From Antechinus flavipes (taxonomy: Eukaryota): 64,000 bases of DNA. Both the position numbers and the translations under genes were made by a program. Below are positions 50,473-62,500 of the stretch, one piece after another. How positions within the stretch are numbered: position 1 is the stretch's first letter; the number at the start of each line of letters is the position of its first letter. The stretch is from NCBI RefSeq assembly GCF_016432865.1, contig NC_067403.1, positions 200,322,001 to 200,386,000 of the forward strand. Direction: 5' to 3'. The notes below the pieces were generated by a model. That model was given only the letters and a program-made list of their open reading frames with translations. It had not been told where the DNA came from and did no database searches.

Positions 50473-50920
50473 CTTTCTTCTTCGCCTCCTCTTTGGACTC
50501 CCCAGGCATCGGGGTGAAAGTATGGGGAGTTCGGAAAGCCGGGGTCCCTGGTCTTGTGGTTCGAGGAACCGAAGTCGTCTGGGTTCCTGGTCGTGAGGTG
50601 GGAGTAGCAGGAGCCGGGGAAGTTGAGGACCAAGGGATTCTAGGGGTGAGGGACTCAGGGGGCCAGGGACGAGGGGTAAGGATATTGGGGATGGGAGTTG
50701 AGGGCCGAGAAGTTCGGGGGACCTGGAATTTCGGTGTCCTGGACCATGGGGCGGAGGTGGTAGGGTCCGGGGAAATAGCAGGCCTGGAGGTTGAGGGGAC
50801 CTGGTTTTCCGAGGTCCGGAGGCGGGAAGTTGAGTTGGCAAAGACTGGAATTGCCCCCAGCCTGGGGCTGAGGCGAGAACTCTGTGCTAGGACGGTCAAG
50901 GTAAGCAGGAACGCCCGCAT
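50473..50920 (-). CDS. CPXM1: CPXM1 exon 1 (signal peptide + Pro/Ser/Thr-rich region)
   Basis: ATG at 50920 (gccATG) gives MRAFLLTLTVLAQS. The frame is open to a phase-1 donor AAG|GTGAGA at 50472, which joins exon 2 in frame. Confidence 0.85.
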
Positions 50921-51059
50921 GGCCAAGACATGGAGCGGGTAGACGAGGAGATGGATTGGGGGAAAAGCTGTGTGGTGTCCGTCCGTCCGTCAGTCAGTCT
51001 GTAGATCTGAGTCTCCCTCCCGGTCTGAGCTCCTTTCACTGCACTGCCCCTCCCCCTTG

Positions 51060-51080
51060 CCCCTCGCCTCCGCCCCTTCC
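51060..51080 (-). promoter_or_regulatory. GC boxes of the probable CPXM1 proximal promoter
   Basis: cctccgcccc (GGGGCGGAGG on -) about 140 nt upstream of the ATG, within a pyrimidine/purine-skewed tract. Confidence 0.4.
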
Positions 51081-51515
51081 TCCCTGTTCTCCCCTTCCCT
51101 CTGAGTTGTCCCAACCCAGAAAGTGAGGGGAGGTTATGGCTGGCCCGCTCTAAGCTCAGGTCCCTCCCCCGACCAGCGCCCCTTCGATATGGAATAAAAA
51201 GCCGGGAAACTGAGGCTCAGGTTTCTCGAGTATTCCTCTAGCCACCTTCCCCTTCCCTAGTCCTGCCAGTAACCTTTAGGTAGTGAAATCCAGGAAACTA
51301 AATTGGGAGAAGACGGGAAGGAGGGGAGGAAGGGGGGAAAGGGGAGGGAGGAGAGATAGGAGGGGGGAATCTCATCCACGTGCCAGGCTTCTATCTACAA
51401 CTCGCCACTCCCTCTTCTTCAGGCTGTCCAGAGACTCCCAACCCCCCCTTTTATATCTGGAGGAGCTAGAAGGGATGCTCCGCCAGGAGGGTCCTTTTCC
51501 ATTCCGACTGCAAGG

Positions 51516-51533
51516 CTCCAGCAGGGGGCGGGA
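51516..51533 (+). promoter_or_regulatory. CTCF consensus site
   Basis: CCAGCAGGGGGCGG (51518-51531) fits the core consensus CCASYAGRKGGCRS at every position. Binding is not demonstrable from sequence. Confidence 0.55.
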
Positions 51534-52687
51534 CTGTGGGAGGAGTATACTCTCTGGGGCCTTGAAGAGGGGGATCAGAGGAGATGGGGGAGGGGATTTT
51601 GCTCAGGGAAAGACCCTAGCAGCTAAGCTAGGAAAAACCAAGCTGCGGACCCGAAGCTCCTGGTGCCCAACCCGACCGTACCCTCCCACCATTTCTGAGA
51701 GAGTGTTGAAGAGGAAGGAAACTGAGGCTGGAAGTATGTGGGAGGTGGGAAAAGGAGAGTTCCATCTTTGTTCAGTCTGGATGGAGGACTGGAGGCGAAC
51801 ACTGGCATCGGAGCTCTCCAATCCACTTTCCTTCTCTCCGCCCCCGCCATCTGCCACGTTCCCGGTTATGTAACTACAGCTGAGGTTGCAGATGCAGAAG
51901 GGAGGGAACCGGGCCCCGACAGATGCGGGAGGGGGCGGAGCCAACGTGGGAGCTGGGGGTCTTTCGGCTAGCTCTAGAAGATCTAAATCCCTCCGCTTTA
52001 AAAATTCTACCTGAGTCCAACGGAACTGTTTCAGTCATTCTCTTCCTTCTTTGCCATCTCCTTAAGACCCGGGGAGGGTTCCCATCCAATTCCATAAACA
52101 TTTATTGGATAAAAACCGAACAATATCTACCCTCAAGGAACTTGTGTTCTCTAGGGGTTGGAATGGGTGCGGGAGGACTATCCCTAGCATCTGAAAACTC
52201 GATCTCTTCCATCAGCCCCGGGACTGTGACTCCCCACCCGGTTCCGTACCTAAGGTTGCCATACACCCACCCACCCGCTCAATGGGGTCACAATAGGATC
52301 AGAGTCGCCTCCCAGGAGCTGGGACTGGCCTGAGAAGAGGGGCCTGGGCAGTTCCAAAAGCAGGGGTGAGACCTCGGCCCCTGGAATGGGGTTGGTTAAG
52401 GCATTCGAGGGCGGAGGCGGCAAATGTGGAAGCCTCGGGGATATGGGGGTCAAGGCTGAAGATGGAGAGGCTGAGCTAAAGCCGGGAGGAGGAGCTGAGA
52501 TGGGAGAAAAAGGACTAAGACTAGGGGCGGAGAGAAGATTTAGCTTCAGGGAGAGGCGGGCGGAGCTGATCTTGGAGGGGCGGTGCTTTATGGATCTCCT
52601 CTCCACCCTCCAGCCCCCAACCCCAGCTCCTCCATTCCATCTGGGGCTGGCTGAGTCCCGGGCCCCGCGGGGTCATCAACGGCGGGA

Positions 52688-52770
52688 ATGAACAGGAAAA
52701 AGATAAATTGGGACCAGTCGCTGAGGTCTGGCAACACTGATAACTCCCGCAGTTCTCCGCCCTCGAGTGT
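52688..52770 (+). CDS. Exon 1 of a putative 221-aa membrane protein (MNRKKINWDQSLRSGNTDNSRSSPPSS)
   Basis: ATG with G at -3 and 83 nt open to a GTGAGT donor at 52771 in phase 2, matching the phase of the acceptor at 53173. Confidence 0.6.
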
Positions 52771-53173
52771 GTGAGTGACAGAAGCCAGTGGCCAGATGCT
52801 CCCCCAGAAGTTCCTGGCCCTATCACTCCACTCTCTCAGGAGGAGCCCTCTTGCCTTTCTAGATTCCCCTCCCCTCCAACTTTGCTCTCTACACCTTCCC
52901 CGTCCCTCAACTGGCCCACTCCTCCGTGCCCCACTCCCAGTCTCTTAGGACTCTATGATTTCAAGAGACCCGGCTATGTTTGCGCCCTGAATCCGGGGAC
53001 AGAGGAATAGCTCCGGAGGAGCTGGTGGGAGGGGGAGAACTTTGCGGGGGGGCGGGGATTTGGGAATGGGATTTGAGAAGTGAAGTGCCCACAGGCCCCG
53101 GCTGCTGTCGTTTTTCCGACACATAATCCCCTGCCCCACTTTCTGTGCCTATCGTGCTGTGTGCCCCCCCCAG

Positions 53174-53357
53174 GTCCCGGAATTTGCAGGAGTCCGCGGA
53201 CTGCGTGAGGAGTCCCCCACGCCCGCGGTACAGAGGCAGGAGGAGGAATATTCGGTGCCAAAAATGGATTGAGGAATGTGTGAAGGCGTGCACTAAAGAC
53301 AAAGACAGGGTCCGAGACAAGGACCGGGATCAAGATAGGTCCAGGGACCTGGACGAC

Positions 53358-53397
<40 letters not shown>

Positions 53398-53756
53398 AGA
53401 TTGGGGATGGGGACGGGGATGGGGACGGAGATGGAGATGGGGACGGGGATGGGGACAGCTCCACGTGGCAGGTTCCATGCTCGAGCCAACCCAGCCAATG
53501 CAGCAGCTACCTTTCCTCCGAAACCCATCGAACGAGACACCCCGAGGCCTTCAGCTTGCACTGGCCTCATCCTCTGGAGCTGGCCCTGGACTTGTCCGCC
53601 GGCCTGGCCCTGCTGTCCTTGCTGGGAGAAGGGGGCTCAGAAATGATGCTGCCGCCCTTGTTCCTCTTTATCCTTTACCTGTTGCTCACCATGCCCTTGG
53701 CGATGGTGCTCGGCTGCAAGAAACGAACTCGAAGGCTGACTTGGAGGGATGGTTAA
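53174..53756 (+). CDS. Exon 2 of a putative 221-aa membrane protein (acidic GD repeat + C-terminal hydrophobic hairpin), in the C20orf141/TMEM239 syntenic slot
   Basis: Strong acceptor (tttctgtgcc...ccccccccag) and 583 nt open to TAA. Two hydrophobic stretches are followed by a basic tail KKRTRR. AATAAA lies at 54018-54023. Confidence 0.65.
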
Positions 53757-54017
53757 TCCAGAGCCCTGGGTCTAGTACACGCTCAGCCCCAAACGCAGGG
53801 AGCTCTCCTCCGAAAACAGAACAAATCACCAAATATTGAAGTCCATATCTGGAATACAGAGCCCCGATCAGAAGACAGATTCGATCTCCCTAATCCCTGC
53901 CTGACCTCCAACAAGAATCTTGAATTGGAAAGCAAACACGGGAGCCCAAAATATAGCCCGAGTACAATGGATCCCAGACCCAAACAGGACTCAGACTGGA
54001 ATACACCTGGTAAAAGC

Positions 54018-54023
54018 AATAAA
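54018..54023 (+). terminator. Polyadenylation signal AATAAA of the putative 221-aa gene
   Basis: About 260 nt after the stop at 53756. Confidence 0.55.
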
Positions 54024-54370
54024 GGGGCCCTGACCCAGCTGCCACTCAGTATTTTGTCCTGCTGGATTGGGGATGGGAAGGGGACGGGGGAGGGGAATGT
54101 CATATTCTGTTGACTTCCAAAAACAGGCAATGGTGACTTGTGATGTTGGGAATAACCATATGGATTTCAAGGTTTGCAAATTACTTTTCTCAAATCAACC
54201 CTAAAATACGAATAATACCCAATTTATAGTTGGGGAAACTGAGGTCCGTATAGATTAAGCGACTTGCCCAATCTCTCTTAAATATACTATGCTTTCCTCT
54301 AAGCTTCTCTACCATTTTAGATCTCAGTTCATTTGATTGGGGAACAAGATTTGAGAGACATGCTGGTGGG

Positions 54371-55290
54371 TTTTTTAAATTATTATTTTAATAGCATTTT
54401 ATTTTTCCAAAACATGCAAAGATAGTTTTCAAAATTCACCTTTTGCAAAACCTTGTGTTCCAAATTTTTTCTCTCCTTCTCTCCCTCCAAAAGACAGTAA
54501 GCAATCTGATAAGGTTAAACATGTGCAATTCTCCTAGATGTATTTCTATATTCTATATTCATCATGCACACACAAAATCAGATCAAAATATGAGAAAGAA
54601 AAAAAAAACAAACAAAAAAATGGTGAAAATACTATGCTTTGATCCACATTCAGTCTATAATTCTCCTCTGGATGTGGATGGCACTTTCCATCCCAAGTCT
54701 ATTTGAACTGCCTTGAAGTATCTCATTATTGAAAAGAACCAAGTCCATCATAGTTAATCACCCCATGATCTTGTTATTGTGTACAATGTTCTCTTGGTTC
54801 TACTCACTTCACTCAGCATCAGTACATGTAAGTCTTTCCAGGGTTTTCTGAATCCAGACTGCTCAACATTTCGTATAGAACAAGAATATTCTATTACATT
54901 AATGTACCAAAACTTATTCAGTCATTCCCCAACTGATGAGCATCCACTCAGTTGCCAATTTCTTGCCACTACAAAAAGGGCTGCCACAAACATTTTTGCA
55001 CATGTAGGTCCCTTTCCCTCTTTTATATGATCTCTTTGGGATACAAGCCCAATATAAACACTGCTGGTTCAAAGGGTATGCACAATTTGGGCATAGTTCC
55101 AAATTGCTCTCCAGAATGGTTGAATCAGATTACAACTCCACCAACAATATATTAGTATCCCAGTTTTCCCACACCCTCTCCAACATTTATTTTTATCTTT
55201 TCCTGTCATCTTAGTCAATCTGAGAGGTGTGAAGTGGTGCCTCAGAATTATCTTAATTTACATTTCTCTAATCAATAGTAATTTAGAGAA
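54371..55290 (-). mobile_element. LINE-1 3' end, antisense
   Basis: T-rich start followed by the reverse complement of the L1 ORF2 end (cagtttcccacaccctctccaacattt..., tgagaggtgtgaagtggtgcctc). Boundaries approximate. Confidence 0.8.
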
Positions 55291-56148
55291 TTTTTTTTTC
55301 ATAGATTTACTGGGTTTAATTTGGCTCTTAGGATCTGGATAGCTTAAACATAGCTTAAAAACACAGATGTTAACCATATCCTAGGAAATAGTACATACAC
55401 ATAGAAGACCCAGAGATGGAAATAAACTTGAGTGTCGGGCAGGTAGAATTGTGTTCTTGGCTATTGGGAAGGAGAGAGTTGGGGAGGAGCATGGTGTGGA
55501 AAGAAAAGGACTCTTGTGGAAGGAAGAAAGGGATGGCAGAAATGGGAGCCAGCAGAGGGAGCAATGGGTTAGTAAGCGGTTTAGGTAAGTGTATGCAGTA
55601 TCCGTTGCTTCTATGAAGTGGCAAAGGAGCTAGCCCTTGGACATCAAGGGACTGAAGCTCTAAGGCCTGAACCTGGGGCCTCAACTAGATTCCCTTGCAT
55701 TCTTCCCCCTTTTATTTTTAGATCCCCAACACACAACACAAAAACCTATCTCCATGACATCCCAGATAAGTAGTCAGCCAGTCTTTCATTTAAGACTTCT
55801 ATTGATGGAAAACTCACTGATTTCAATTCTTCAGGAATTCTTCAATTCTCAGCTTCAATTCTTAGGAAACTTCTTGCATGGAGCTTAGATCTGATTCTGT
55901 ACCTTCCACTCATTTCTCCCTGTTTTGCCTTCAGGGGCCAACACGAACATCAAATCTATTTTACACTTGACAAGCCTTCAAGTACTGTAAGATAACATGT
56001 CCTAAATGTTCTGTTTTTCAGACTAAACACCCCCAGTTCATTTAACCTACTCTCCTGAGACATAAAAAAGGCAGCCTGACACAATAACAAAGAATAGATT
56101 GGCAGCTATATGTACTTGGCTGAAATACTGGCTCTGTTAGTATGTGAG

Positions 56149-56186
<38 letters not shown>

Positions 56187-56288
56187 CATATATCTAACAA
56201 AGAGACAGAGAAAGAAAGAGAGAGAGAAGTGACGTAGCTAGGTAATGCTGTAGTAGATGCAGCACCAGGCTTGAAATAGGAAGATTCA

Positions 56289-56582
56289 AGAACACTGGGA
56301 GATGAATATAAACTGCTCGCATTTTTGTTTTTCTTCCCGGGTTATTTATACCTTCTGAATTCAATTCTCCCTGTGCAACAAGAAAACTGTTCGGTTCTGC
56401 AAACATATATGGTATCTAGGATATACTGTAACCTATTCAACATGTAAAGGATTGCTTGCCATTTGGGGGAGGGGGTGGAGGGAGGGAGGGGAAAAATCGG
56501 AACAGAAGTGAATGCAAGGGATAATGCTGTAAAAAATTACCCTGGCATGCGTTCTATCAATAAAAAGTTATTTAAAAAAAAA
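56289..56582 (+). mobile_element. Young LINE-1 3'UTR fragment with 16-bp TSD, nested in an older SINE
   Basis: Near-identical to 36000-36290. TSD gaaataggaagattca at 56273-56288 and 56583-56598. The flanks join into a MAR1/MIR-like SINE. Confidence 0.92.
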
Positions 56583-59500
56583 GAAATAGGAAGATTCATC
56601 TTCCTGAGTTCAAACTTGGATTCAAGCTAGTCTGGGCCAGTCACTTAATTCTGTTTGCCTCAGTTTCCTCATACATAAAATGAGCTGGAGAAAAAATGGC
56701 AAACCACTTAGTATGTTTGCCTTAGAAAACTCCAAATGGGGTCCCAAAGAGTCAGACACAAATGAACAACAAAGTTGCTAGATTATCTGTAAACTCTTCA
56801 GGCTTGAACTTCTAAGATCATGATCTAAGAACGTGATAACCATCATCTCTCATGGACTTCCTGAAAAGTGATTATTATCCCTTTGACAAGCTCCAGGGTC
56901 TTCATGGTCTTCCTAAAATTTGGAGTCCAAATATGGTCTTATCCTGCTTGGTAGTATTTATAACCTCCATCATTTGGGACTCTTAAACTTTCTTAATATA
57001 GTCTTAGATTGCACTAGAATTTTTCTTTTCTTTGCCTCTTTGTTAACTCAATTTAAAAGATAGGAAGAGTCATCTCCTGGAGGGGGATATATAGTATATG
57101 ACAAAAAGATTCATAAGAATGGAGTTTTCTGGAGGCTTGCAAATTTAATTAGTCCTTAAACTGCAATGGAAGAGAGAAGGAGAAAAATAGCTTCCTAGTT
57201 CCACTAAGCTAAATACCAGAGTAGAGTGACAATATAGAAAGGGTAATGATTAAAATGCTCAGAAATCCACATACTAAATCCAGAGAAGAAGGTCGTAGTA
57301 AACTACTTGTTGAATTATTGGAATGAACACTAAATTCAACAGCTACTGTAGCTATTCAGAGGTTGGAAAATTAGTACACTTTCTTGGAAATTGATTCAAA
57401 TGAAGAGCTATTTATTTGGAGGGCAACACAATTACTGTGTTTCTTTTTCTTTTTCTTTCTTTTCTTTCTTTCTTTTTTTTTTTTTTTTTTTTTGTTGTTG
57501 TTGTTGTTGTTGAGGCGACTGGAGTTTAATGATTTGCTTTTGATTTTAGGGCCAGTGCTCTCTCTATTGTACTGTCTAACTGTTCCTACTGTGGTACTTT
57601 AGATACAACAGTATCTAAACGGTCTGGTTGGGGTAAATGAAAGGTAATAATGTTGACAGTTAGTTGCAATCTATAAAAATATATGCAAAAGAAAAAGTTT
57701 TCATTGGATCTTAGTATTACTATGGCAAATACCATAAGCTTGAACCAACACAAAAAACAATATTGAGAAAAATGTTTTTAATTAAAAATAATTGAGATAT
57801 GCTGGTAACATGCAATAATCCTTGTTATCTTCACTATTTGTACGTGGTTGGAATTCCCATTTATACACATGACTCCTCAAATTCCTCATTTTTATTATAT
57901 TATCTCAGACTAGCTAATATTATGTCTATTTCTTATACTGTAGTAGTACAAAAAAAGAACAATTTGCTCAAAATAAACTTGCAGGGTAAAAATTTGGGTA
58001 ATAAATTAAATGGGCAATACTCAACAGCTCATGCCTAAATCCACAACATCTCCCAATCACTAGAGATGAACATTTAGCCTGACCCCAGTCCCACAGTCAA
58101 GCAAACAATCCCCAATCTTGGAAATTAGGATATGGGAATTTAATAACTTTTGTATTTGATGATTAGGAAAGGTGTTTGATCATCTTGTCCTAACCACCAT
58201 GAATCAGTGAATTTTCAAGATTCTTAATGGCAGTAATACATGGATTCCATGGCATTGATGTCTGGCATTAGAAGGAATTAGGAGAAACCTCAGTATCTAT
58301 AACAGCTGTCATATCAATTCCCTAAAGTATGTCATCTGGAGAAAACAAATGTCTGCATATTTTGACCAGATAAGGAACAGCATCCGAAGAATATCCTGGC
58401 TCCATAACCATTTTCTTTGCATTCCTTCCTTCATCTTCCTTTTCCCTTCTACGCCCTGCTTCAAACTCTGTCCCACATCTCTGTTTGTTTCAATGTGCAA
58501 GTCTGAGCTGGGAGCAGGTTGGGTAACATCATATGTATGGGAGGGCCAGTTAATTTGATTGCCACAACTTATTTCATAATGTCTGGGAAATCGATTGTTT
58601 TGACCATTTTCTACAGCCTGTAGAAAGATATTTACTATTCAGCATCTTTGTAATTGCAAATGCCATCTTTTTTATGAATTGCTTGCCAGTAAATATATAT
58701 ATATGGACACAAAAATTTGTGATTGCCTTCTAGCCCATTTCACAGATATTCCAATATATGAAATATTAAGTTAAAAACCTCGAGTCAATATTAGACTGAT
58801 GACTACAACTAGAGCATGGTTTTGTGTCTGGACACAGTATCAAGAAAGTTGAGTTAAATTAAAAATCCAAGCTGGAAACAAACTGAATGGCACATTTGTT
58901 GTTATTGTTGAATGGTAACATGATATTGTTGATAATGATGATGATGATGTTTTACCATAAGACCTGTTGTGAATTAGTGGTTGTCTGAGTGAGGTGGGAG
59001 TTCTGAGACACTGAGAAAATTCTTTCAGAACCCAGCTAACTAAGACTATAAAAGCAGATTATTTCCATGAGAATGAGCCAAACAAACAAGCAAATACCAA
59101 TGATCCATGAGATTGAGTTGGATTGTCTCTCTTTCCTTTTCTTCAATTACAAAGCTCAAAAATCCAAAGTGTACACTCTATAAGAGGTGAGATAATTCCT
59201 TAACACTTTGTACTTCCACTAGTCAATTCTCTAGAAACTTTAAGATTCAAGAAAAATTAACATAGATTAGATATGGGATCTTTCCTGTTTAAAAAGAGAA
59301 TACTGAAAAGCCATTTTTCAAAAGTTCAGCTGTACATGTATTTTCTCCAGTCCTCTGCAAGTAAACATATATCCAACTCATCCAGAGAAGACCTCTACCT
59401 CGAGAAGCAAGCTAGAGAACTTTTATTAACCCTTATCTCCAGCTTTCCTGAAGCCTTATATTTAAAGTGAAGAATAATCTTCAATACATCACTTTCAAAT

Positions 59501-62500
59501 AAATAAATTTAGTGCTTGAAGGCCATACTTCTTTTTCCTTTGAAAAATGTGTATATTGATGTACCATAAAAATAACTTATTTGAAAAAATTTTAAGGTTG
59601 AAATTAAAATGGATATGGTAACTTAATAAATTTTTTTGTCTTTAAGAAAAGCAAATCTTTGCATTATAAAAATGGATATGAAAAATTTAGAGAAACATGA
59701 GAAAACTTGTATGAATTGATGCAGAGTGAAGTAAGCAGAAACAAGAAAACAATGTAAATATACATTGTAAAGCATAAAAATGTAAATGGAATAGGAAAAA
59801 AGTTAAACTGAAAGCAGTGCTATTATTTAAATGAAGTTTGGTCCAGGAAAAGACATGAGAAAATGTACAGCCCTCTCCTGTTCTTTCTACAGATAGTGCT
59901 ATGGATATGGATAATTGCATGTACTGTCAGAATCTATTGGTCTGTTGCTTAGTTTTGCTAAACTTGTTTTTCTTTTTCTTTTTTGTTTTTTTTGCTAAGA
60001 GAATTGGCTTCAAAGGCTGAGAGAGTGAGGAAGAATAGATTGAAAATGAATGAGATCTCTCTAATCCATCTGTCTATCTCTGTGTGTATTCATCCCTGCA
60101 GCAGGAATGAACCGTAGTACTTCCCATAGAGTTGGCCATGTGCTCTAGCCACTTTCGGTGAGGATTTCTCAAGGATAAATGTGACCCAACCACTCCTGAT
60201 TGATTCCTTGATCTTTATGACTGGGGTTACATCAACGACTATTGTTCCGGGAGTTAGTAGAATCCTTGATCTCTCCCCCATTCCTAGCAAACTATAAGAG
60301 CAGTACAAAGTAGAATCCTTGATGTCTCCCTTTGAATCTTATGAGTTGCCTAGACAGTATAGGTCTAAGGTGAAAGTGAAATCATCTTTTAAAAAGAAGT
60401 TTCACAATGTTGTCTTTACCTTTTAGGAGACTATAATGATTTTAACAGGGTTTTCTTGGTGTGTGTGTGTGTGTGTGTGTGTATTTAAAGCATTTCTTTT
60501 GTGGTGAAGGAAATAAATAGCTATTCTATATCTTTTATCTGTTTTGAACATTGGTATCTTTTTGACAAGAGATAGTTAATCAATTTGGGGAAGGAACATG
60601 GAAGTACACTTTCTGAAAGAGGGTTCAATTAATCTCCTAATCTAATCTAAATCTAATTTTGTAGAAATCTGGGGCACACTTAGCCTTGTGTTAGAGATTT
60701 TTTTAAACCATAAGTACAAGCCAAAGAGATCAAGAGGAGCCTTGATTTCCTGTCTTTGGGGTTAAGCAACCCCCAAGATGAATCCATAATCTGTTTGAGC
60801 ACAGAACCAGAATACTTTGAGTAAGAACTTCCTCATGCCATACGCCACAGAAAAAGAAGAAAATCTTATAAACTCAGAAAAATAGCTTTCATTCAACATG
60901 ATATGGAGCTCGTGATATACTGATGGAAAAGGCAGTTCAGAGCATCTCTGCTGTGAATAAAACTCCCCACAAATTTTTGGGAGGCATAAACAATAAACAA
61001 ATGGTCTATGCCTAAATGTGGGTCCCTTAAAATGTTCTTTGAGAACATTTGCCTTCTATGTAGAGAATAGTTTGAAGCATGATAAGTCCAAAAGTAAGGT
61101 GGTCAATTAGAACAATATTAATTGACTCTTAAAAAGAGGTGATGAGAAGCCCAAATAGGATAGAGTGGGCCTGATTGCAACTGGTCCCCATTTCATTAGG
61201 TTTGGTATTGGAACAAACTGAGATGCTCATAGGTCATCCAACAGTTAACAAAAGGAGGTTTACATGCCGTGATTGAGAGGCTATTCAACAAAGATCCTGC
61301 ACATTTGGCTTAGGTAAACAAGGACCACTTAGAAATCTGTGTGGTTGAGAAGAGAAAGGGAAACCTGATGGCAGTCTTATCATAAAGTCACATGAATAGA
61401 GAGAAGGGGACAGAAACTAGAGATATCAAGGGATGTGACTGACAAGACTTGAGATGTGACTGAATATGGGAGGAAGAGTCAAGAATGACTCTGAGATTAA
61501 CAACTTGATGACAGGAGACTGAAATGCCTTCAGTAGCAACACAGAAATTTTCAAAAGAGCTAAGATTGAGGGAATTTTTAGTTGAGTTTAATTTGAGGAG
61601 CTGATAGGACATAAATCAAATACCAGTTATAATGAAGACCAAGAATTTAGGAGGGAGACAAGATTTAGAAATCATCTATATAGAGGTGATGCAAATAGGC
61701 AAAATTAGGTTTAATATAAAGAAAAATTTCTGAAAAATTGGAACTCCACTGAACTCCCTTGAAAGGTAATGAGTTCTTCCTTACCAAGGGTTTTCATACT
61801 AACATAATGGAGACTCATAATGGAGGGAATTCTTGTCCCAGCACTAGTAGAATGAGATGGACCTGGAGGTCCCTTCCAATTCTAAGATTCAAGACTAATA
61901 TTAATGCTACTATTTCATAAAGGCTCTAGGATATTTTTAAAAATTGATCTCTTTTGTTTTACATCAGTTCTATTTTCCTATTATATCCCACCTCTGTCCC
62001 TTCCTAGAGAGCCATCCTTTGTAGTGAAGAATTTTAAAAGAGGAGAGAAAATTCACAGTTCAGCAAAACTAACCCACATATCACCTAAACATGTTATATG
62101 TAATGTTCCAAATTCACTGATCACACCCTCTCCCACGTAGAGAAAAGGTATCTTTTCATCTCTTGTTTGGGACTAAGCTTGGTCATTATAAATTCATAGC
62201 ATTCAGTTTTTTCTCTGTTGCTCTTTTCATTTATGTTGTTGTAGTCATTGCCGATACTGTCTTCCTTTGCTAGGATTTAAATTTTTTTTTATACTTTTGT
62301 TCATATGAAAACACCAATCCTGTCTCCCAAATCCTAGACCTTTTATCCCCTAGTCCCCTTGTATCCCCAGCATGGTTGTCTTGCTGGAGCTGTCCAGGCT
62401 GAGGGAACCATACTCATTGTCATCACCATGGATTTCCAGGTTAGCTAGGGCTGGGTTTCAGGAAAGCTGTGAAGGTTTGGGAGGATGTTAATGCAGGCTC

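Noticed and set aside
50493-50942. 149-aa + strand ORF opposite CPXM1 exon 1
   Set aside because: It is the antisense shadow of a Pro/Ser/Thr codon-rich exon and has no ATG in good context.
51283-52691. Cluster of 100-196-aa ORFs between CPXM1 and the 221-aa gene
   Set aside because: GC/purine-rich promoter-region sequence with no recognisable domain, mostly non-ATG starts and no coherent splice structure.
52974-53570. 198-aa antisense ORF (PVPIP repeats)
   Set aside because: It is the mirror of the GGGGAC/T repeat of the + strand gene. The splice sites and polyA signal support the + strand.
53574-53713. Assigning the symbol C20orf141 or TMEM239 to the 221-aa gene
   Set aside because: Only synteny and a weak recalled hydrophobic-pattern match support it, which is not enough without a profile search.
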